From Octopus vulgaris (taxonomy: Eukaryota), in contig OX597820.1 of assembly GCA_951406725.2 (NCBI GenBank), positions 77,438,001 to 77,502,000 of the forward strand: 64,000 bases of DNA. The letters run 5' to 3'. The notes beneath the pieces are model-generated. The model did not search any database and was not told the origin of the DNA. It worked only from the letters and a program-made list of their open reading frames with translations. Below, piece by piece: positions 55,460-64,000 of the stretch. A program made the translations under genes and the position numbers. Numbering within the stretch: position 1 is the stretch's first letter; each line of letters starts with the position of its first letter.

Positions 55460-57391
55460 CAGTGTATGTGCATGTGTGCATGCATATGTGTGTGTGTGAA
55501 TGTGAGTGTCTCTGCGTCTGTGTGTTTTACAAAGAATTCAAAGGAAATTGATATTAATTTTCGAAATATATTATCATTATTTGCGGTATGTGCACGTAGA
55601 CATGTGTCTGTATGCGTGTGTGAGTGTGTGCACGCTTGTGTGTGTATATGTGTGTCTTTCTACGTGTGTGTATGTGTAAGTGTGTGTGTACACACTCGCA
55701 TGTACACAGACCCACATCACAAACACATACACAGATATGCGTATATTTCTATTTCTATCAAGTGTTTCACATTGTGCAATGTGTTTGAGCGGGAGAATAA
55801 ATCCTGGACGACAATTGGATGTAACGGCTTTGTACTTCAGTCATGTTCTTAGATGTACGCATGCGTGTAGGGATTTGCATATATGAGGGTGTTCGTGCTT
55901 TTATTGGAAGTCTTTGTACCCGCGACACTGGGTGTATCTTTCGTCCTTACAGTTCACACACATTATGGTGTTCATCTACTTTATCTAGTTAATAACAGAA
56001 AAAAACACAATCATCTTTCAGACAGCACCTTCATTTTTCGGGGAAATTAACACCCTCAGAATAAGAAATACATATGGTATATTGTAGCCTGTTTCTCAGT
56101 TATTAGATACATCATTATGTGATATCAATATGTAAATGTATTGTCAATCAATCGCCTATGAAATTAAATTCCCTCACACTCGTCTATATAAATGGGATTA
56201 GACACAGCATTCCCTTCTCGACGCTAGCTGCTTTGTCCCTTATCTAATCAGAAACTCGACCTTGTTCTACTCCTCTCGCTCATTTATATCTAACACACAC
56301 ATCCTCTACAAACCACCACACGAAGAGCTTTCCCTTGCTCTCCAAAACGTACGTTATGTTTCCTGGATAGAATCCATTAACGAAATGTTTTGTATTTTTA
56401 ATTATAATTAGAAATTTTCGAGCTGAGAATAGAACATCAATATCTTGCTGGGCTCAAATTGGTTTGTTGTGTAGTAGGCACATAACCCTATCCTTCAAAA
56501 TCTGTTTTATATAAGTTATCACCATTTTACGAACTTGTAGGCAGATATTATGTGGTATACGCACCTACTCACACACACGTATGTATGTATATATTTATAG
56601 TCATGTGATTCTACCTCACAGTATTGATGGAAACTTAGCAAACTAACGCTATTAGTTTTCTATAGAGATGAAGTGAAAAGTGAATTAATGCTCATGGTAA
56701 CCTCTTGATTATTTGAAATCATTTTGTTCTCTGTTTTGGTACATGATGTAAAATGTCTTCAATTATAAACTTTATTTGAATTTGACCCAACATTATCAAG
56801 GATGGTTTGTTTTTGATATATCATGTTTCTTTTAATTAGCCAATTTTCTAAGGCATAGTGCATTGTACTCTTTCGATATTTGAAATGTTAACTAACTTCC
56901 CCGTTAGATACAGTGCCAAACTGTCTACAATTTGAGTAAATTTTGTAAATATTCTATCTAGTATAGATAGATTTCTAAAGATTTCTATGACATTTTTATG
57001 CTAGATTTTTAATGAGAATTTTGTTGTATAAATTGAAACAACTACAGACATGTTGGATCCATATATTACACAGGACGTTTATTGCCTCTCTATTGATAAA
57101 ATCAACTAGCATGGTAGCTTGTATGTAGACAGTAAATATACAGAATGTTATCAAAATTGTTATAACCCAGCTTAACAAATAAGGATTTCAAACATTCCAG
57201 ATTTTGACCAAAAAATACAGTTATGTCTTTGTTTTGTGGAATATATAGTATTAGGTTTTGAAATATACATGCGAATTAAAGCTTTTTTATTCGGCCTCAC
57301 AGTACATCAAGATCTAACTAACAGTACACTATTGTATTCTGTTCCTGACCACGAGTGGAGAAATTATATTTTCTTTGCTACAAAGATTTAT

Positions 57392-57766
57392 TCTTTTCTT
57401 CTCTAAGTACAAGGCCCGAAATTTTTGGTGAGTAGGCCAGTCAGTTAGGTACTTATTTTATCGACCCCGAAAGGATGAAAGCAAAGTCGATCTCGGCGGA
57501 ATTTGAACTCAGAACGTAAAGACAGACGAAATACCTATATTTTTACTACCCACAAGGGGCTAAACACAGAGAGGATGAACAAGGACAGACAAACGGATTA
57601 AGTCGATTATATCGACACCAGTGCGTAACTGGGACTTAATTTATCGACCCCGAAAGAAAGAAAGGCAAAGTCGATCTCGGTGGAATTTGAACTCAGGACG
57701 TAAAGACAGACGAAATACCGTGAAGCATTTCGCCCGTCGTGCTAACCTTTCTGCCAGCTCGCCGCC
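57392..57766 (-). mobile_element. SINE family D dimer with a 17-bp TSD
   Basis: TSD TTGCTACAAAGATTTAT (57375-57391) / TTGCTATAATGATTTAT (57767-57783); GAAATACC ends at 57535 and 57719 (184-bp period). Confidence 0.9.
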
Positions 57767-58637
57767 TTGCTATAATGATTTATGTGTCACGTCATTAGAA
57801 CGTCGGACAAATAAGCTTGCAAAATTTCTTCTTTCCTTCTCTATAATTTAAAATCTAGTCGAGAACAACTTTGTATTTCATTCTTCCACTGCCGACAGAT
57901 TAATTTCCAATAAATACGGCGGTTAGTTATCCGTTTCTCTTCCTCTCTCCATTCTCTAACTATCACTTTCTCCTTCCCTCACCCCTCTCTCTCTCTCCTA
58001 TCCCCCTCTCTCTCTTTCTCTTGGGGTTTATTGATAATAAACCCCAATAGCTTATGGCTGTAGTAGCAGTACTGGATGATCTGTTGACTTCAGAATTTAT
58101 TAAAGATAGTCATGTCTTGAAAGAAATCAAACAAAAGAATGTGCTACTCTCTCTAACATTATTCCCCAACTATGCTAGATTGAAAATTGAAGATTACTGT
58201 CTTAGACTGACCCATGTCCATGAAAAGCCCATATCAAATTTCAAAACAATGGCTGGAGAATATCTGACCTGTGTACAATGCTAATATAACAATGGTTGCT
58301 GACCCATATTCGTGAGTGTCCCTCTTCCAAATTTGGCAATACAGTACCTCTACTACTACTACTACTACTATTGCCACTCTCTTCCTTGCACCCACTTGCT
58401 TGTATCCTCTATTTCCCTGTTCTCTATTCTACTTGAACATGTTAATGTTATAACTAGAAATTGGGCTAACAAAAGTAGTATTAATTTTCTTCAATTGGTC
58501 AATAGACCAATTGAGTACAACTTGTTAGTAATGTACGTGTAATGGTTGCTGGAAACAGCTGTAAGCCAGATTTGGCCCAATAGAGGAAAATATGTAATGA
58601 CCGTTATTCTAAACATCTTTCTTATTATACGTATGTA

Positions 58638-59000
58638 TGAGTGGCTGAGTGGTAAGTAGCTTGCTTTCCAGCCACATGATTCTATGTTCAGTCCCTGTGG
58701 GTAACTCCTTGAGCAAGTGTTTTTCTACTATGGCCTTGGACTCACCAAGACTTTGTGAGTATATTTGGTAGATGGAAACTGAAAGACGCCCGTCGGATAT
58801 ATATTTGTGTGTGTGTCTGTGTGTGTTAATGTTTGTCTGACTGTTTGTTCACCTATCATCGCTTGACAACAGAAGTTGGGGTGTTTATGTTGCCGTAACT
58901 TAGATAGAATAAGTACTAAGCTGACAAAAAATAAGTCCTGGGGTCGTTTTGTTCGACTAAAGGTGGTGCTCCAGCATGGCCGCACTCAAATGACTGAAAG
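58638..59000 (+). mobile_element. SINE family B, full length
   Basis: GAGTGGCTGAGTGGTAAGTAGCTTG head through GGTGCTCCAGCATGGCCGCACTCAAATGACTGAAA tail. Confidence 0.88.
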
Positions 59001-61124
59001 TTATCGGGCGGCTTTTAAGCTAGTTCCTGTGGAGGGCTCTTCATTTGGCTTTGGGCCCAACAATGACATTTCATGCATTGAGTACATATTAAATTTTATT
59101 AAACTTGAACAATATTTTTCAAGCAATGAGCAATTTTCATCAGAACAATGATATAATTTGTTGACTTGGAACTTATTGCAAAGCTGCATGATAATCAACA
59201 CTACCACCACCATCGCCACGACGCACATCTGCCATACACACACCATTCAAATTTCTGACGCCACCAACAGCAATACCTTTGACATCGCTACCTCCTCCAC
59301 TACTAACATCAACACTGTCTTTCATATCGCTTACTCTCATCGTCATCCCTGACCGCCTCGGCTACCACCACCACCACCACCATCATCCCCGCCGACTCCG
59401 CCTCAATCATAACTACAGCTGATGCTATTACTATCACCCCATTACCATCAGTGTTCAGTATGTTCGTTCAGTGTCTTTCCCTCACATACCCACTCTTTCC
59501 CTCTCTCTGCCACCATCAACAATTCTACTTTTAATAAAAATTCATCAACTCGTCCAAAATTTATTTTTCTCTATTTCTCTCCCTCTTTTTTTCTTTCTTT
59601 CTTTCTCTCTCACAAACTCTCTCGCTCTCTCTCTCTGTCTCTCTCTTCGCCACCACCCTCACCGTTCCTGTGACTACTATTACTCTCACCCCAGCATGAT
59701 CGATAGTAGAAGTGTCATTGAATAGTGAGTAAAAGGAAACGAACATATTGTGTAAAAGGAAACGAACATATAAAAATAAAATGTATATGTAAATTTGATT
59801 GGTTCGCGTTTTAGCCACTGCCAGGTAGTGTGTTTGATTTGTTCACTGAACGCCACCGCGAATACCCCCTTGTTTTTCAAAACCCTCCCTAAATCACTGG
59901 AAGCAGGATAATATTCTAATTCAAAACTTTATTAAATTCAAGAATATAAACACGTTTTTAAGAACAGCACACGCGGAGTCAAAAAGAAACACTGCCTTTC
60001 ACCAGCATACCAGGATCGGCACTGCATGAACCACAATACTCTCTCTCTCCCTAGTGAGCAACTTTTTTATCTCGGACAACAGCCAAACACTACGTCGCTG
60101 TAGCTCTGAAGAGCATAGTTCTATACATGTTTTTTTGTATTTTGTCATAAATTAGAAGACGTCTACTGACATTAAGCTTAAATATTATATGATGTATAAG
60201 TATACAGAAAGAATCTGTATAAGTATACAGAAAGAATATTGTCGATGATATCGTTTGGAAATAGGGAGTGCTGCAGTTCCATATAGCCTATACACGAGCC
60301 GCCACTCTCGACCCCGTAATCTTGATCAGCTGGTTCAAACGAAATTGAAATTATAAGAAAATGGAGCTCATTTATAAATTTGGATATCGATAATCTTTCA
60401 GGTATACGTATGATTCAAAACCGCCAATATCATTGAACTATTCCAGCAGGCGACGAATGCTTTGATACAGAATATGAATTAAATTCCTTTGTATAAGTTA
60501 TCGTTTTGCAATAAAATCAGAATGGCTTCCATAAAGATATGTTTAATAGGGAATATAAAATCTAGAGAAGAGCTAAAGCACTTTTCTATCGGTATATTGA
60601 TATTTTGAAGAACATTGACTAAAAGATGAAGTAATTGATATATTTATATTAAATGCTTAAAATAATGTTAGATTTCAAAGCTGAAATTGCAGTGTGCTTT
60701 TCACAATGCTAAAATTAATATCGTATTTTTGACGATGTAGATAATATTGAAAATATCGCTAAGAGTATGACACATGGGTTTCCCAAGCTGTCGTAGTTAT
60801 TACAAAAAGATAATCTGCTCTATATAATATTTGGCGGAATTAGAATTTTGAAATAGAGGTAAAGTTATAATCTGTTAAACATATTATTGTTTTCTACTCA
60901 TCGCGAAGTCCTAAATATTTTTTGCTGGTGGAAATGACGTATCGTTCTTTTTCGAAATCTTCAGCCTGTTACAACATGTGACTTAATTTATAAAAGATTT
61001 TATGAAATGAAATATTTAATCAAAAATAGTATAAAAGTATGCTGGTGTTATAAAGGAAACTTTATGTTCTTAAATATTCGTATTTATAGATGTGGTACAT
61101 AGATTTTCCACATCTATAAATTTT

Positions 61125-61523
61125 GCGCAGGAGTGGCTGCGTGGTAAGTAGCTTGCTAAACAACCACATGGTTCCGGGTTCAGTCCCACTGCGTGGCATC
61201 TTGGGCAGGTGTCTTCTGCTATAGCCCCGGGCCGACCAATGCCTTTGTGAGTGGATTTGGTAGACGGAAACTGAAAGAAGCCTGTCGTATATATATGTAT
61301 GTGTGTTTGTGTGTCTGTGTTTGTCCCCCTAGTATTGCTTGACAACCGATGCTGGTGTGTTTACGTCGCCGCCACTTAGCGGTTCGGGAAAAGAGACTGA
61401 TAGAATAAGTACTGGGCTTACAAAGAATAAGTCCCGGGGTCGATTTGCTCGACTAAAGGCGGTGCTCCAGCATGGCCGAAGTCAAATGACTGAAACAAGA
61501 AAAAGAGTAAAAGAGTAAAAAGA

Positions 61524-61524
<1 letters not shown>
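61125..61524 (+). mobile_element. SINE family B, full length, well preserved
   Basis: Pol III A/B boxes (TGGCTGCGTGGTAAG, GGTTCAGTCCC), internal TA/TG tract and (GAGTAAAA)n tail. Confidence 0.92.
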
Positions 61525-61559
<35 letters not shown>

Positions 61560-61701
61560 TTATATATATACCGTACTGCCTAAACAATGGAACTGCAGAT
61601 ACAATATCTTTACGTATCTCACTCAGATTTTCATTCCTCCACTTCACTCTGTATTTCATATCTTCTCTATAATAACTATTGCTTAAACATTTGATCGCAC
61701 C

Positions 61702-61749
61702 GTCTCAGATGAAGGTATATATAAAATAAACTGGAAACAGCTGTAAGAT
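61702..61749 (+). other. Degenerate minimal type I hammerhead-like motif (Penelope pLTR style)
   Basis: GTCT-CAGATGA-..-GAAACAGCTGTA-AGAT: palindromic helix III (ACAGCTGT), GUA cleavage triplet, helix I GTCT/AGAT; the core has CAGATGA in place of CTGATGA. Confidence 0.4.
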
Positions 61750-61800
61750 CTTCTCTTTATTTATGTTCTAAAATCTTGGATATTTTGATATCGCATTCTG

Positions 61801-61852
<52 letters not shown>

Positions 61853-61862
61853 CCACTCTTAT

Positions 61863-62036
61863 AGGCGTTGGAGTGGGTGTGTGGTAAGCAGCTTGTTTAC
61901 CAACCACATGGTTCCGGGTTCAGTCCCATTCCGTGGCACCTTGGGCAAGTGTCTTCTACTATAGCCTCGGGTCGACCAACGCCTTGTGAGTGGATTTGGT
62001 AGACAGAAACTGAAAGAATCCCGTCGAATATATGTA

Positions 62037-62099
<63 letters not shown>

Positions 62100-62330
62100 A
62101 TGAGAGTGTGTATATGTTTTTGTGTCTGTGTTTGTCCCCCAACATCGCGTGAGAACCGATGTTGGTGTGTTTACGTCACCGTAAATTAGTGGATCGTCAA
62201 AAGAGACCGATATAATAAGTACTAGGCTTACAAAGAATGAGTCCTGGAGTCGATTTGCTCGACCAAACGCGGTGTTCCAGCATGGTCACAGTCAAGATGA
62301 CTGAAGCAAGTAAAAGAACAAAAGAGTAAA
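61863..62330 (+). mobile_element. SINE family B, full length with internal (TCTA)n expansion
   Basis: Aligns end to end with 61125-61524. Confidence 0.92.
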
Positions 62331-62659
62331 GACTATATTTATATATCTATCTATATATACGTATATATCTATATCTATCTATATATATGTCTATGTATAT
62401 ATCTATATCTATGTATGTATATATATATACATTTTGTTTTCATTCGCGCACATATAATAGATGCAGGAATGGTAAGGATTTTCGTGCAAAGGTACATTCG
62501 TACTTATCAAAAGAATATACATAAAAAATATAGTCTTTTATACAATATCTCTAGAAGGTACTAAAAAAAGCATAAAACACACTGTTAATATCATGACTGT
62601 GCAGTGCACAAATTTGATGCGTCATAACACACTAGCAAGTAATCTGTTGAATAGCAAAT

Positions 62660-63363
62660 ATATACATGCATATGCATACATACATACATACATACATACA
62701 CACACACATACATACATACATACATACATACATACATACATAAATACATACATACATACATACATACATACATACACACACATATACACACATATATACA
62801 TGTGTGTATGTGGTTTTTCCATGTGTGTGCGATTGTTTTGGTCATGCGTGTGCATGCGTGTTTATGCATGAGAGTTCGTATCTGTGTATACAAATAGTTT
62901 CTCCTACAATTATGGCAGGCCGACACAACACGAACACTTGCATACATGAATAGATAATTAGGCAATAAAGTAATCGAATGTCCAGATAGTTTTTCATATT
63001 GAAGTATTTACGCAATTTTACATTCATATATATTTACAAGATTCTGTGCTTGATCAAGAATAAGTTCATGCGTCCATGAACATGCACCTACGGATATACA
63101 CACGTAATTGTATGCATGGATCTGTACACACATGCAAGTCAGATGTAACGTTATGAGCCAATGCACGTCGACATCCATGCATGCATCTTCTATTCACAAA
63201 CCACATCCGTTCATTGGGTAACCCGTTGACACGCACAAAAAGTTAAAGGTATGTGTGCTAATCTGTCCGGCTGTCTGTTTGTTTGCCTGTGTCTGTCTGT
63301 ATGTATGTATGTATGTATGCATTTATGTATGTATGTATGTATGTATGTATGTATGTATGTATG

Positions 63364-63395
<32 letters not shown>

Positions 63396-63700
63396 TGTAT
63401 GTATGTATGTATGTATGTATGTATGTATGTATGTATGTATGTATGTATGTATGTCTTGTTTGATTATTTCTATTTAAGACTTAACTAAATATTTCCATGC
63501 TTATATGTGTGGAAAAGTATATATCGTCTGATTTGTGAATTATCGTTTGATCATTATTTTATAGCTAGATGTACTTTTATATACATATGTATGCATATGT
63601 ATGAATATATGCATGTACATGTATATATCTGTGTATCTGTGTGCCTGTGTGTGCATGTGTGTACGAATGTGAGTATGTAGGTGTGTGAGTTTGAGTGCGT

Positions 63701-63791
<91 letters not shown>

Positions 63792-63912
63792 ATACATATA
63801 TATATATATATACATATACTTATACATATATATGTACATATGAATATATATATATATTCATATGTTACATATATATGTATATGTGTATATATATATATAT
63901 ATGTACATATGA

Positions 63913-63962
<50 letters not shown>

Positions 63963-63965
63963 ATA
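62660..63965. repeat. Microsatellite-rich zone: (CATA)n 62660-62800, (TGTA)n 63295-63455, (TA)n/(TG)n 63700-63965
   Basis: Seen directly in the sequence. Confidence 0.9.
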
Positions 63966-64000
63966 TTAACAAAAACAATATTTTTTTAGGATGATAACTA

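Noticed and set aside
58054-58284. 76-aa non-repetitive ORF (MAVVAVLDDLLTSEF..)
   Set aside because: No recognisable domain; ORFs of this length are expected by chance in 64 kb.
59790-60110. Promoter-like segment (GATTGG, several CpGs)
   Set aside because: No adjacent gene or TSS evidence; the motif is too short to support a call.
59728-60238. Two 23-bp tandem duplications (59728-59771, 60193-60238)
   Set aside because: Ordinary slippage duplications with no further structure.

Overview
This is AT-rich, repeat-saturated eukaryotic non-coding DNA (intron or intergenic). The SINE families and dense (TA)n/(CA)n/(GATA)n microsatellites look like an Octopus-type (coleoid cephalopod) genome; this is an inference from repeat content. 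No intact host gene is recognisable, and nearly all ORFs in the track are microsatellite or repeat artefacts. The window holds dozens of tRNA-derived SINE copies (working labels A-E, my own), a decayed near full-length L1/Tx1-type LINE (27.5-31.9 kb, minus) and two Penelope-like relics. It also has RTE and CR1/L2 fragments, several Tc1/mariner relics and MITEs, and a Merlin-like MITE with perfect 29-bp TIRs and an 8-bp TSD. The most unusual structures are: (1) SINE-D multimers built from a precise 184-bp headless unit, enclosed by one TSD pair at three loci; (2) a ~780-bp spacerless palindrome centred on (TA)n; (3) a ~470-bp insertion made of 1.3 copies of a 355-bp unit, with its empty site preserved in a nearby duplicate; (4) inverted symmetry extending beyond a mariner's TIRs; (5) hammerhead-ribozyme-like cores, one at the 3' end of a tRNA-headed SINE. 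Coordinates were read by eye and may be off by a few bases.
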